This document shows positions 27,257-36,796 of a DNA stretch of 64,000 nucleotides, piece by piece. The translations under genes and the position numbers were made by a program. The notes under the pieces were generated by a model. The model worked only from the letters and a program-made list of their open reading frames with translations. It searched no databases and was not told the DNA's origin. Source of the stretch: Vicinamibacteria bacterium (GTDB lineage: Bacteria; Acidobacteriota; Vicinamibacteria; Marinacidobacterales; Marinacidobacteraceae); the NCBI GenBank assembly GCA_963555995.3, contig OY821641.1, positions 3,456,001-3,520,000 of the forward strand, written 5' to 3'. Every line of letters starts with the position of its first letter. The stretch's first letter is position 1.

Positions 27257-28343
27257 GGACCGCCTTCCGGAGCCCCGCCGGGGCATCCACGTCGCGACCG
27301 AGCTGCCGTCCGGCGAAGTAGGCGAGCAGTTGCAGGACGGGTGCGGCCTCGAAGGGACGAAGCCAGGGCGCGCCGACCGACTCGATGGTGCACCCGCCGT
27401 CCCGGTGCGCCGGAGCTCCCGGAAAGTCCGCGGCGGCCAGCCGCAGGAGCGGGGCGCCCGCCTCCGCGAGCGCCGCGAGCGCCCGGGTTTCGCCCGGGGA
27501 GACCCCGCCGGGTTCCGAGAGCAGCACCACCGGCGTCTCCCGGTCCACCAGCGCGAAGGGTCCGTGGACGAGTTCCTCGGTGCGCAGCGCGATGGCCGGC
27601 ACCACCGCCGTCTCCATCATCTTGAGCGCCCCCTCGGCGGCGAGGGGCCGGAGCGGGCCGCACCCGAGAAAGAACCAGGTCCGGCCGGCGGCGAGCCCGC
27701 CCACGAAGCGTTCGAGGCGCGAACCGTGTTCGATGGCCCCCCGCAGGGCCTCGGGAACCTCGCGGATCTCGTCCGTCCCGGGCGGATTCGCGGACGCGCC
27801 GGCGCCCGCCGCCCACTCCCGCCCGAACAGCCGGAGCGCCAGCAGCGCCGCGGTGAAGCTCTTGGTCGCCGGGATGGCGGTTTCGGTCCCCGCCCGGGTG
27901 ACGTAGGCGAGGTCCGCGCGCCGGGCCGCCGGGCTCTCGGCCTCGTTCGTCACCACGACGCGGAAGACCCCCTCGCCGCCCGCCCGATCAAGCAGCCGCA
28001 GCACACTCCCGGTGGCGCCGGACTGGGTCACGGCGATCAGCACGCCGTCGCCGCCGTGGTCTCGCAAGGGGCCGCGAATCTCGCCGGCGGTTGCGACGGA
28101 AGCGGACAGCCCCGCTTCCCGAAACCAGCCGGCGGCGATCTCGGCGGCGTGGCGGCTCGTCCCGGAGCCGACGAGCAGGCCCTTCCCGCCGGCACGAACG
28201 GCTCCGGCCCTCAGCGCGGCCAGCCGCGCGGGCGTCCCGGCTTCCAGCGCCGCCAGCGTCCGTTCGGCCGCCGCCGGCTGTTCGTGGATTTCGCGCCAGA
28301 GGGCCGGCGGCTCCCGGCTCTCCGCGGGGGCGGGAACGCTCAG
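27246..28343 (-). CDS. Double-SIS-domain sugar-phosphate isomerase/deaminase (GlmS isomerase half only)
   Basis: EIHEQP, GSGTSRHA, TQSG, ATKSFTA, AEGALKMME, HGPFAL, DVDAP-GLRKAV; no glutaminase domain; apparent CTG start overlapping the upstream stop. Confidence 0.8.
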   Translation of the reverse strand: MSVPAPAESREPPALWREIHEQPAAAERTLAALEAGTPARLAALRAGAVRAGGKGLLVGSGTSRHAAEIAAGWFREAGLSASVATAGEIRGPLRDHGGDGVLIAVTQSGATGSVLRLLDRAGGEGVFRVVVTNEAESPAARRADLAYVTRAGTETAIPATKSFTAALLALRLFGREWAAGAGASANPPGTDEIREVPEALRGAIEHGSRLERFVGGLAAGRTWFFLGCGPLRPLAAEGALKMMETAVVPAIALRTEELVHGPFALVDRETPVVLLSEPGGVSPGETRALAALAEAGAPLLRLAAADFPGAPAHRDGGCTIESVGAPWLRPFEAAPVLQLLAYFAGRQLGRDVDAPAGLRKAVRDD

Positions 28344-29509
28344 ACCTCGTCGGCTCCTTCGAAGCGGCCCGCCGCCCGGCCCGGCTTCACCGCCTGGCGG
28401 CCCCGGGCGATGGCGAGCGCACCCTCCGGGACATCCTCGACGATCACCGACCCCGCGGCGACGAAGGCCCGGCGGCCGATGGTGACCGGCGCCACCAGGA
28501 TGGCGTTGCTGCCCACGAACGCGCCCGCCTCCACCACGGTCCGGTACTTGCCGCGCCCGTCGTAGTTGCAGGTGATGGTCCCGGCGCCGAGGTTCGCGCG
28601 CACGCCGACGTCCGCGTCCCCGACGTAGGACAGGTGGGGCAGCGCCGCCCGCCGCGCCAGCACGGCGTTCTTGGTCTCGACGAAGCTGCCCGCGAAGGAC
28701 TCGGGCTCGAGCCGGGTGTTCGGCCGGATGTGGGCGAAGGGACCCACCTTCGCATCGCGCCCGATGGAGCTGTCGAGCAGCACACAGTGGCTGAGGATGC
28801 GCGCACCGGCCTCCACCTCGGTGTTCTCGAGCCGGCAGAAGCTCTGGACCTCGGCGCCGGCGGCGATCTTCGTGTCGCCGGTGAGCCGTACGGAAGCCCC
28901 GATCCGGGCGCCGGCCTCGGCGCTCACGGTGGGGTCCGCCCAGAGCGTGTCCGGATCTTCGACCAGCACGCCGCCCTCGAGAAAACGCCGGGCGGTGCGG
29001 CGCTGGGCCACGCGGACGGCGACCGACCAGGTGCTGGCCCCCTCGACGCGCAGGTACCCGTCGGGCGCCCGGCGCCACTCCGAGAGGGCCTGCAGGTCGG
29101 CAAGGCTCTCACGGAACTCCGACCGGATCGCGCCCGCGAGGAATCCGGCGGTTCCCGCCACGGCGAGGACCTGGCCGGCGGCATTGTCGAGCCCCAGCGG
29201 TTTCGTCCCGGCGGCGGCGACGAGCGCGCGGAGCGGCTCTTCCGGCTGCGAGACGACTCCGGGGGGGACCAGGACCCCCCGCGCGTTCTCGCCGCGGGAA
29301 CGAAGCGCCTCGACGGCTTCCGCTACCGAGAGCCGGCGGGCGCCGACCCGCTCAAGGGCGGAGAGATCTCCGTCCGGCGCGTCGAGCGCCAGCAGCTCGC
29401 CCGGCGCCAGCGCGGCCGCCGCGGCCGCGGATGCCTCCGCGACCGTGCCCGCGAAGAACGGATAGCGCCCGATGGCGGGGTCCTCGGGATAGACGAGCAG
29501 GAAATCCAT
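28340..29509 (-). CDS. GlmU-like acetyltransferase with degenerate N-terminal domain
   Basis: VGPFAHIRP, FVETKNA, HLSYVGDA, GAGTITCNYDG, FVGSN, GALAIAR; N-terminus lacks the LAAGxGTRM motif. Confidence 0.8.
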   Translation of the reverse strand: MDFLLVYPEDPAIGRYPFFAGTVAEASAAAAAALAPGELLALDAPDGDLSALERVGARRLSVAEAVEALRSRGENARGVLVPPGVVSQPEEPLRALVAAAGTKPLGLDNAAGQVLAVAGTAGFLAGAIRSEFRESLADLQALSEWRRAPDGYLRVEGASTWSVAVRVAQRRTARRFLEGGVLVEDPDTLWADPTVSAEAGARIGASVRLTGDTKIAAGAEVQSFCRLENTEVEAGARILSHCVLLDSSIGRDAKVGPFAHIRPNTRLEPESFAGSFVETKNAVLARRAALPHLSYVGDADVGVRANLGAGTITCNYDGRGKYRTVVEAGAFVGSNAILVAPVTIGRRAFVAAGSVIVEDVPEGALAIARGRQAVKPGRAAGRFEGADEV

Positions 29510-29605
29510 GTTCAGGAGACGCAGGGCCCGGAAGTCCGGGCAAGGTCAGGAAACGGGCGGGTGAGCGGGCCCCACCGCCAAGATCACCCTACCCCGGCCG
29601 GAATT

Positions 29606-30316
29606 CTACGTGGCTTCCCGTTTCTTCCGGCCCGCAGGGGCGACGACGATGGTCACCTCCCCGCGCGGCGGTTCCTGCTTCGCCCGGCGTGTGAGCGCGG
29701 GCAGGGAACCGAACCAGTGTTCTTCGTGGACTTTGGTCATTTCCCGGGAGACGGATGCTTCACGCGGACCCAGGATTCCCGCCAGTTCATCCAGAAGTTC
29801 CGCCGCGCGGCGGGCCGACTCGAAGAAGACCAGCGACCCCGGCGCCTCCGCCGACCGCTGCAGGAACGCCCGCCGTTTCGCGCTCCGCCGTCCCGGCGGG
29901 AAGCCGAAGAACGTGAACATGTCGGTCGGGAGGCCGGAGACCGAGAGCGCGGAAGCCACCGCGGACGGCCCGGGCACGGTGCGCACCGGCAGGTCTTCGG
30001 TGCGGGCGGCGCGGACCACCCGGTAACCGGGATCCGAGATCAGCGGCGTGCCGGCGTCGCAGATGAGCGCCACGTCCTCCCCGGACCGGAGCCGCCCGAG
30101 CAGGAACTCGACCTGACGGGCCTCGTTGTGGTCGTGGTACGAGACGAGCCGGGCGGAAAGGCCGAAGTGGGTGCGGAGCCGCCGGGCGACGCGGGTGTCC
30201 TCGCAGGCGATCCACGGAACGGCCCGCAGGACAGCGATCCCCCGCGGCGAGAGGTCCTCCAGGTTGCCGATGGGGGTGGCGACGACGAACAGCGTCCCCG
30301 GTATCTCGGCGCCCAT
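29606..30316 (-). CDS. rsmI: 16S rRNA C1402 2'-O-methyltransferase RsmI
   Basis: VVATPIGNLEDLS, ACEDTR, DAGTPLISDPG, REMTKVHEE. Confidence 0.95.
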   Translation of the reverse strand: MGAEIPGTLFVVATPIGNLEDLSPRGIAVLRAVPWIACEDTRVARRLRTHFGLSARLVSYHDHNEARQVEFLLGRLRSGEDVALICDAGTPLISDPGYRVVRAARTEDLPVRTVPGPSAVASALSVSGLPTDMFTFFGFPPGRRSAKRRAFLQRSAEAPGSLVFFESARRAAELLDELAGILGPREASVSREMTKVHEEHWFGSLPALTRRAKQEPPRGEVTIVVAPAGRKKREAT

Positions 30317-30375
30317 CCCGGAACCGTAGCCCGCGACCTCGGGGATTAACCTAGGCGGATGGAGGATCGCCGCTC

Positions 30376-31275
30376 ATGCCCGCGCTGACGGAGGCCCCGC
30401 CCACGCGCCAGATCGTCTTCGGCGACAACCTCGAGACCCTGCGCGGATTCCCCGACGAGACCTTCCCCCTCATCTACATTGATCCGCCCTTCAACACGAA
30501 CCGCCGCCAGTCGCGCACCCGGCTCCGCACCGTCCGCGACCCCGACGGGGACCGCACCGGGTTCGGCGGCAACCGCTACCGGACGGTCCGGCTCGGCGCC
30601 ACCGGGTTCGACGACCGCCACGACGACTACCTCGGCTTCCTGGAGCCGCGCCTCCGGGAGGCGCACCGGGTGCTCACCCCGACGGGCAGCTTCTTCCTGC
30701 ACGTGGACTACCGCGAGGTCCACTACGCCAAGGTGCTGCTCGACGAAATCTTCGGCCGGGAATCCTTCATCAACGAGATCATCTGGGCCTACGACTACGG
30801 GGCGCGCAGCAAGAGCCGGTGGTCGCCGAAGCACGACAACCTGCTCTGGTACGCGAAGGACCCTGACAACTACACGTTCCACTACGACGAGATTGACCGC
30901 ATCCCCTATCTCGCCCCGACGCTGGTCGGCGCGGAGAAGGCCGCGCGCGGGAAGACCCCGACCGACGTCTGGTGGCACACCATCGTCAGCCCTACCGGGA
31001 AGGAACGGACGGGCTACGCGACCCAGAAGCCGCTCGGCGTCCTGGAACGGATCGTCCGCGTCCATTCGAACCCCGGCGACCGGCTACTCGATTTTTTCGC
31101 GGGTTCGGGCTCGTTCGGAGAAGCGGCCGCCCGGAACCGCCGTGATTTCGTGCTGGTGGACGACAACCCCGATGCCATCCGCATCATGACCGACCGGCTT
31201 GCGAGGTTCGGCCCCCACCTCGTCAACTGCGAAGGGGTCGCCCCGCGGCCGATCCCCGCGCCCCGACGGGCGTGA
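30376..31275 (+). CDS. Orphan beta-class N6A/N4C DNA methyltransferase
   Basis: YIDPPF first, then TQKP and LDFFAGSGS; no adjacent endonuclease. Confidence 0.9.
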   Translation: MPALTEAPPTRQIVFGDNLETLRGFPDETFPLIYIDPPFNTNRRQSRTRLRTVRDPDGDRTGFGGNRYRTVRLGATGFDDRHDDYLGFLEPRLREAHRVLTPTGSFFLHVDYREVHYAKVLLDEIFGRESFINEIIWAYDYGARSKSRWSPKHDNLLWYAKDPDNYTFHYDEIDRIPYLAPTLVGAEKAARGKTPTDVWWHTIVSPTGKERTGYATQKPLGVLERIVRVHSNPGDRLLDFFAGSGSFGEAAARNRRDFVLVDDNPDAIRIMTDRLARFGPHLVNCEGVAPRPIPAPRRA

Positions 31276-32246
31276 AGCCACTCCGCCCGGTTCCGATGGA
31301 TCGCCCCACCCGGGAAGGCCGCCGGGTGTTCGTCACCGGGGCCGCCGGGTTCATCGCACGCCGGTTGGTGGCGCGGCTTGTGGACAGCGGGGCGCGGGTC
31401 ACCGGGTTCGATCGGCGCGTGGCCGCCGGAGGCGTATCGGAGGGGCTCCGGCAAGGAGAGCTTGGGGACGCCGCGGCGCTCGGTGACGCCGTCGCCGGGG
31501 CCGGGACGGTCTTCCACCTCGCGGCGGCGAACGGCCACGCCGAGAGCATGGAGCGGCCGCTGGCCGACTTCGGCGACAACGTGTTGGGGACGATTTCGCT
31601 ACTCGCCGCGGTGGCGGAACGGGCGCCCGCCGCGCGGGTCGTCTTCGCCAGCACCCGGCAGCTCTACGGCCCCGCCGAGGGGCTGCCCGTGGACGAATCA
31701 CACCGGGTCAACCCGCCGGATGTCCACAGCGTCCACAAGGAGACGGCCGAGCACCTGGTGCGGCACAACGCCGCGGAACGCGACGCCCCCTACGCGATTC
31801 TCCGCCTCACGAACACCTACGGCCCCGGCCAGCCGCTCGACGGGCCCTCGGCGGGGTTGGCCGGCCGGTTCCTTGGAGATGCGCTGGCCGGCCGCGGGAT
31901 CACGGTGTTGGGGGACCCGGAACTGCTGCGGGACTTCAACCACGTGGACGACGTGGTGGACGCGTTGCTGCTCGCCGGGCAGCCGGAGGCGCCGTCGGGA
32001 ACGTGGAACCTCGGTTCGCCCCCGGTGAGCCTCCGCGAGTTCGCACGAGCGATCTTCCGGGCGCTGGGCGAGGAGCCACGCATCCGGTCCGAGCCTCTCC
32101 CGCGGGGTCTTGACGCCATCCGGATCGGCGATTTTCACTCGGACTGGTCGGCCATCCGGCGCGACCTGGGGTGGGCGCCGAGGCGGAGCCTGGAGACCGG
32201 TCTCGCCGAGACGGTGCGTGCGGTCCGGGAGGCCCGGGCGGGATGA
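31272..32246 (+). CDS. NAD-dependent epimerase/dehydratase
   Basis: VTGAAGFI, HLAA, RLTNTYGP, RDFNHVDD. Confidence 0.9.
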   Translation: MKPLRPVPMDRPTREGRRVFVTGAAGFIARRLVARLVDSGARVTGFDRRVAAGGVSEGLRQGELGDAAALGDAVAGAGTVFHLAAANGHAESMERPLADFGDNVLGTISLLAAVAERAPAARVVFASTRQLYGPAEGLPVDESHRVNPPDVHSVHKETAEHLVRHNAAERDAPYAILRLTNTYGPGQPLDGPSAGLAGRFLGDALAGRGITVLGDPELLRDFNHVDDVVDALLLAGQPEAPSGTWNLGSPPVSLREFARAIFRALGEEPRIRSEPLPRGLDAIRIGDFHSDWSAIRRDLGWAPRRSLETGLAETVRAVREARAG

Positions 32247-33373
32247 AGCGGATTCCCTTCCAGGATCTCGCCGCCGCCGATGATCCGGGCCTCCGGGAGG
32301 CTCTCGACCGGGTGCTCGCCTCCGGGCGGTTCGTGCTCGGCCCCGAGGTCGAGTCCTTCGAGCGGGCCTTCGCGGAGACCATCGGCGTCGCCCACGCGGT
32401 GGGCGTCGCTTCGGGAACCGACGCCCTCACCCTGGCGCTCGGCGCCGCCGGGATCGGACCCGGCGACCGGGTCCTCACCTCCGCCTTCTCGACCGGGTAC
32501 ACCGCGCTCGGCATCCAGCACGCCGGGGCCGCGCTCGCCTTCGCCGACGTGGAGCCCGGCAGCCTGTGCCTGGACGCCGACGCGGCCGAACGCGCCCTCG
32601 CCGGGGGCGGGATCGCGGCGGTCGTCCCGGTCCATCTCTTCGGGGCCGCCGGCGCCGGCTGGGAGCGGCTGCTCGCGGCGGCCGCCCGGCACGGGGCGCT
32701 GGTGATCGAGGACGCCTGCCAGGCGCACGGGGCGCGTTTCGGGAGCCGGGTGCTCGGCTCCTTCGGGAGGGCGGCGGCGTTCAGCTTCTATCCGACGAAG
32801 AACCTGGGAGCGCTCGGCGACGCGGGCCTGGTGGCGACGAACGACGCCGAGCTCGCCGACCGGGTCCGGCGGCTGCGGTCCGGCGGCCAGGGGCCGCGCC
32901 ACGACCACGCCGAGCCCGGCTGGAACAGCCGGCTCGACGAACTCCAGGCGGCGGTGCTGGCACTGCGGCTACCGCGACTGCGGGCTGCGAACCGGACGCG
33001 CGCCGCGCTGGCCCGCCGTTACCGGGAACGCCTCGCGGGGCTGCCGCTTCGAATCGTGACCCCCGGCCCCGGGGTGGAGGGGGCGTGGCACCTCTTCGTG
33101 GTCCGCACTGGCGAGCGGGAGGCGCTGCGCCGCCATCTCGCCGCCGCCGGGATCGAGACGCTGGTCCACTATCCGGTCGCGCTTACCGAGCAGGACGCCT
33201 TTGCGGCCGCCGCGCGGCCGGAAGGCGGGTGCCCGGAGGCGGAAGCCGCCGCCCGGGAAGTGCTGAGCCTGCCGCTCCATCCCGGCCTCGCGGAACGCGA
33301 GGTCGAACGGGTCGCCGCCGCCGTGCGGGGGTTCTTCGCCGGGAAGCCGGCCGGCGGCGCGGTGTCAGAATAG
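32243..33373 (+). CDS. DegT/DnrJ/EryC1 sugar aminotransferase
   Basis: Start MKRIPFQDL; SGTDAL, EDACQAHG, SFYPTKNLG, NSRLDELQAA. Confidence 0.93.
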   Translation: MKRIPFQDLAAADDPGLREALDRVLASGRFVLGPEVESFERAFAETIGVAHAVGVASGTDALTLALGAAGIGPGDRVLTSAFSTGYTALGIQHAGAALAFADVEPGSLCLDADAAERALAGGGIAAVVPVHLFGAAGAGWERLLAAAARHGALVIEDACQAHGARFGSRVLGSFGRAAAFSFYPTKNLGALGDAGLVATNDAELADRVRRLRSGGQGPRHDHAEPGWNSRLDELQAAVLALRLPRLRAANRTRAALARRYRERLAGLPLRIVTPGPGVEGAWHLFVVRTGEREALRRHLAAAGIETLVHYPVALTEQDAFAAAARPEGGCPEAEAAAREVLSLPLHPGLAEREVERVAAAVRGFFAGKPAGGAVSE

Positions 33374-33377
33374 GCCG

Positions 33378-34226
33378 ATGGCGTTCGGCGCGAAACGGGA
33401 GGGCGCGGTCCTCTGCCCGGGGTGCGGACAGCTCGTGGGGGTGAACGACCAGGAGTGCCTCAACTGCGGCCGCCGGAACCCCGGGCTCTTCGGTTTCGCG
33501 GGGATCCTCCGCTTCGATACCGACAGCGTCCTGAAGATCCTGCTCGCGGCCAACATCGGGCTCTTCCTGCTGGCCCTGGTGCTGAGCGTGGGCGCCATCG
33601 AGATGCGCGGGTTCCTCGGGTTCCTGAGCCCGGACGGCCGGATCCTCTACCGGCTCGGCGCGGCCGGCGCCATCCCGGTCTTCGGGGTCGGGAAGTGGTC
33701 CGCGGTCCTGAGCGCCGGCTGGCTGCACGGCGGGCTGCTGCACATCTTCTTCAACATGTACTGGCTCTGGAACCTCTTCCCGGCGGTCGGGGAGATGTTC
33801 GGAACCAGCCGGGCGCTCGTGATCTACCAGGTCTCGGCGGTCACCGGCTTTGCGCTGTCCTCGTTCATGGGAGCGTCCGGCATCGCCATCCCGTTCCTCG
33901 GCGGGGCGCCGGGAATCACGGTCGGGGCCTCGGCGTCGCTCTGCGGCCTGATCGGCGCGCTCCTGTACTTCGGGAGGCGCACGAGTTCGGACTTCGCCCG
34001 GCAGATCTGGCGCTACGTGATCTTCATCGCGATCTTCGGCGCGCTGGTGCCGGGCATTGACAATGCCGCCCATCTCGGCGGCTTCCTGGGCGGCTATTTC
34101 GTGGCGTCGCGCTTTGGAGCCTTCTCGCCCGAGCGGGGCAAGCACGGCCTCTGGGCGCTGGTTCTGCTGGCCGCGAGCGCCCTCGCGATCCTGGCGTCCG
34201 CGGTGGGCGTATCCCCGGTCGGCTGA
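33378..34226 (+). CDS. Rhomboid intramembrane protease with N-terminal zinc ribbon
   Basis: CPGC...CLNC; HGGLLHIFFN, GAS, AHLGG. Confidence 0.9.
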   Translation: MAFGAKREGAVLCPGCGQLVGVNDQECLNCGRRNPGLFGFAGILRFDTDSVLKILLAANIGLFLLALVLSVGAIEMRGFLGFLSPDGRILYRLGAAGAIPVFGVGKWSAVLSAGWLHGGLLHIFFNMYWLWNLFPAVGEMFGTSRALVIYQVSAVTGFALSSFMGASGIAIPFLGGAPGITVGASASLCGLIGALLYFGRRTSSDFARQIWRYVIFIAIFGALVPGIDNAAHLGGFLGGYFVASRFGAFSPERGKHGLWALVLLAASALAILASAVGVSPVG

Positions 34227-34259
34227 ACTATCGGCCCCGACAGTTCGTAGGAGAAGACC

Positions 34260-34448
34260 ATGGCCAAACTGGTGCGCCCGTCCCAGGGCCGGATGCTGCT
34301 CGGGGTCTGCGCGGGACTCGCGGACTGGTGGAACATGGACCGGACGCTGCTGCGCGTTCTCTACGTGCTGGTGAGCGTGTGCTCGGCCGCCTTTCCCGGC
34401 ATCCTGTGCTACATCGTCCTCGGGATCCTGATGCCCCCCGAGGAGTGA
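34260..34448 (+). CDS. PspC-domain protein
   Basis: LVRP--GRMLLGVCAGLA, then a TM helix ending MPPEE. Confidence 0.9.
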   Translation: MAKLVRPSQGRMLLGVCAGLADWWNMDRTLLRVLYVLVSVCSAAFPGILCYIVLGILMPPEE

Positions 34449-34457
34449 GCGGGGCGT

Positions 34458-34504
34458 GGGAGCGCCGGTCTTCAGACCGGCACAGCCCGCCGACAGGCGG
34501 GCGG
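34458..34504 (+). repeat. Single REP-like unit (TCTTCAGA variant) plus second hairpin
   Basis: GGGAGCGCCGGTCTTCAGACCGGCACAGCCCGCCGACAGGCGGGCGG. Confidence 0.8.
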
Positions 34505-34566
34505 AGGGCGCAGAAGCCGCCTGCCGTGATGGTGTTCTCTTTGGCGCCGTGACCTCGGTTACTGGA

Positions 34567-35391
34567 ATGCGTTCCCGGGTCGCGCAACCGGACATCACCG
34601 GCGCCCCGCTCCAGGTGCGGTCCGCCGGCGAGCTCACTCCCGGGCAGTTCCTTGCACGTTTCCGACTTCCCCCTTCCGAGTCGCGTCGCGAGGGACTCGC
34701 CCGGCTTGCCGGGTGGTCGCGAAACGCCGGGGTCTCGGCGGTGGTCCTCGAGGAAGACGCCAGCGCCCTGATCCCGGATCTCCGCGCGCTCGGGTTCGAC
34801 GACGCGGGACCCCTGCCGCGCTATTCCAGTCCGGTGCGGCCCGGCTGGCTGCGCCGGAGCGTGCCGGCGCTCCTCCTGCCGCGCGCCCGGACGCTCCCGG
34901 ACGTGACGGTGGTTCCCGAAGCGCTGTCGGACCCGGAGGAAGAGAGCCTCCGGGAACGCCTCGCGCCGGATTTCGGCGCGGTTGCCGGGTTTGCGGCCGG
35001 CGTCCCGCTCCCCGCCGCGGGCGTGCACCTGGTGCGCGGCGGCTGGCCGGTCGCGAGCTGCCGGTTCGAGGCGCCGGCTGAGGGCGCGCTCGCGGTGCCG
35101 TACTGGATCGCGCCGCCCGGGGAACCCGACCTGACCGCGCTCCTCGCCGAGAGCGTGCTCGCCGCCGCCGATCCCGCCTCGTCGGTCTGGTTCGAGACAC
35201 CGTACCGGCTGCTGGCCCGGGGGCTCTTCCTGGCCCGTTTCCTCCCGCGCCGCTCCCGGGCGCGGGTACTGGTGCGCCAGCACGGGGACCGGGACCTTCC
35301 GGCGCCTTCCATCGCCGACTGGCACCTGTCCACCACGACAGTGGTGTCAACGGCTCGCGGTGATACTCCCGCGGCATCCAACGGCCGCTGA
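34567..35391 (+). CDS. Hypothetical protein (possibly degenerate GNAT-like fold)
   Basis: Long ORF with host-like codon use; no clear motif. Confidence 0.5.
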   Translation: MRSRVAQPDITGAPLQVRSAGELTPGQFLARFRLPPSESRREGLARLAGWSRNAGVSAVVLEEDASALIPDLRALGFDDAGPLPRYSSPVRPGWLRRSVPALLLPRARTLPDVTVVPEALSDPEEESLRERLAPDFGAVAGFAAGVPLPAAGVHLVRGGWPVASCRFEAPAEGALAVPYWIAPPGEPDLTALLAESVLAAADPASSVWFETPYRLLARGLFLARFLPRRSRARVLVRQHGDRDLPAPSIADWHLSTTTVVSTARGDTPAASNGR

Positions 35392-35477
35392 ATCCCTCCT
35401 GGTCCCAACGGCGAGAAACCTCATGATCAGGTTGCGTTGTACCGAGAGAAGGACTCCCATTGGGCACGTTAGCGTTG

Positions 35478-35534
35478 CGCCGTGCGCGGTGCGGAGCACC
35501 GCGCGTGCCGGTCTGGAGACCGGCGTTCCAAGCC
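35478..35534 (-). repeat. Single REP-like unit (TCTCCAGA variant)
   Basis: Reverse complement nearly identical to 18465-18522. Confidence 0.85.
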
Positions 35535-35609
35535 GGCGGCGCCATCATGGCCGGCAAGGCCGTGACCTGGGCGGTGAGTGCTATCATCGTCGGTCCCACG
35601 CCTGCGGAC

Positions 35610-35684
35610 GCCGCTATCGTCTAGGGGTTAGGACGGGTGGTTCTCAGCCATCAAACCGGGGTTCGAATCCCCGTAGCGGTACCA
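35610..35684 (+). tRNA. tRNA-Glu(CTC)
   Basis: Acceptor GCCGCTA/TAGCGGT plus ACCA; anticodon loop TTCTCAG; GGTTCGAATCC T-arm; upstream TGCTATCAT -10-like. Confidence 0.95.
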
Positions 35685-35712
35685 GGCGTGGTTTCGTTTT
35701 TCCGGTGATCCG

Positions 35713-36639
35713 GTGACCAGCAGCGAACCCCGGACCCGGTGCGAAGTCGTCCGGGGAACCGGACCCGCGCTCCTCGTGCACGGAGGCGCCTGGGACATTC
35801 CCCCCGAAGAGCGGGAAGCGCATGAGCGCGGGGCGTTCACCGCCGCCCGGCTCGGCCTCGACTCCCTGCGGGGCGGCGCTTCGGCGCTCGACACCGTGGA
35901 GGCGGTGGTCACGCTGCTCGAGGACGACCCGGCGCTGAACGCGGGGACCGGCTCGGTGCTGAACCGCCGGGGCGAAGCGGTGCTCGACGCCGCGATCATG
36001 GACGGGGAAGACCTCCGGGTGGGCGGCGTGGCCGCGGTGCGGACCGTCCGCAACCCCGTCCGCGTCGCCCGCCGGGTGATCGAAGCCACCCGGCAGGTGC
36101 TGCTCGCCGGGCCGGGCGCCGAGGAGTTCGCCCGGGAGCAGGGGTTCGAGGCGATCCGCCCCGAGGAACTCGTGGTGCCCCGCGAGGTGGAGCGGCTCCG
36201 CGAACACCAGGCGCGCCGGCGGGCCGCCGCGCCGCGAGACACCGTCGGCGCGGTCGCCATCGACGGCGAGGGACGGATCGCGGCGGCCGGGTCCACCGGC
36301 GGCACGCTCAACAAGCGTCCGGGACGGGTCGGCGACACCCCGCTTCCCGGCGCCGGCCTCTACGCCGACTCCCGGATCGGCGGGGTGGCCTGCACCGGGT
36401 GGGGGGAGGGGATCGCCCGTCTTTCCATGGCCCGGGCCGTGCTCGCCCGGATGGAAGGCGGCCAGGATCCGGCGGCTGCCGCCCGCGAGCTGCTGGCCGC
36501 CTGCTGGTCGCGCCTCGGCGGCACGGCCGGGATGCTGATCGTCACCCCGGACGCGCGCCTGGTGACCGCCTGGAGCACGCCCCGGATGGCGCGGGGGTGG
36601 GCGCACGGCGGTATGGAAACCCCCGCCGCCGCGGCGTGA
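35713..36639 (+). CDS. Isoaspartyl peptidase/L-asparaginase (Ntn hydrolase)
   Basis: VHGGA, NAGTGS, DTVGAVA, STGG, RVGDTP. Confidence 0.93.
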   Translation: MTSSEPRTRCEVVRGTGPALLVHGGAWDIPPEEREAHERGAFTAARLGLDSLRGGASALDTVEAVVTLLEDDPALNAGTGSVLNRRGEAVLDAAIMDGEDLRVGGVAAVRTVRNPVRVARRVIEATRQVLLAGPGAEEFAREQGFEAIRPEELVVPREVERLREHQARRRAAAPRDTVGAVAIDGEGRIAAAGSTGGTLNKRPGRVGDTPLPGAGLYADSRIGGVACTGWGEGIARLSMARAVLARMEGGQDPAAAARELLAACWSRLGGTAGMLIVTPDARLVTAWSTPRMARGWAHGGMETPAAAA

Positions 36640-36695
36640 GGCGCGCCTTCGTCCACCGCCGAAACCTGCTAGATTGCCCGGTTCCCGCGCCGCGA

Positions 36696-36771
36696 GCGCC
36701 CTTAGCTCAGTGGAGAGAGCAACAGGCTACGAACCTGTAGGTCGGGGGTTCGAATCCCTCAGGGCGCGCCA
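36696..36771 (+). tRNA. tRNA-Arg(ACG)
   Basis: GCGCCCT/AGGGCGC plus GCCA; anticodon loop CTACGAA; T-arm; upstream TGCTAGATT. Confidence 0.95.
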
Positions 36772-36796
36772 CGCGGGGGTCACGGGTGCGTTGCCG

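Noticed and set aside
35610-36771. tRNAs as integration sites for the accessory region
   Set aside because: No duplicated tRNA 3' end and no integrase seen in the window
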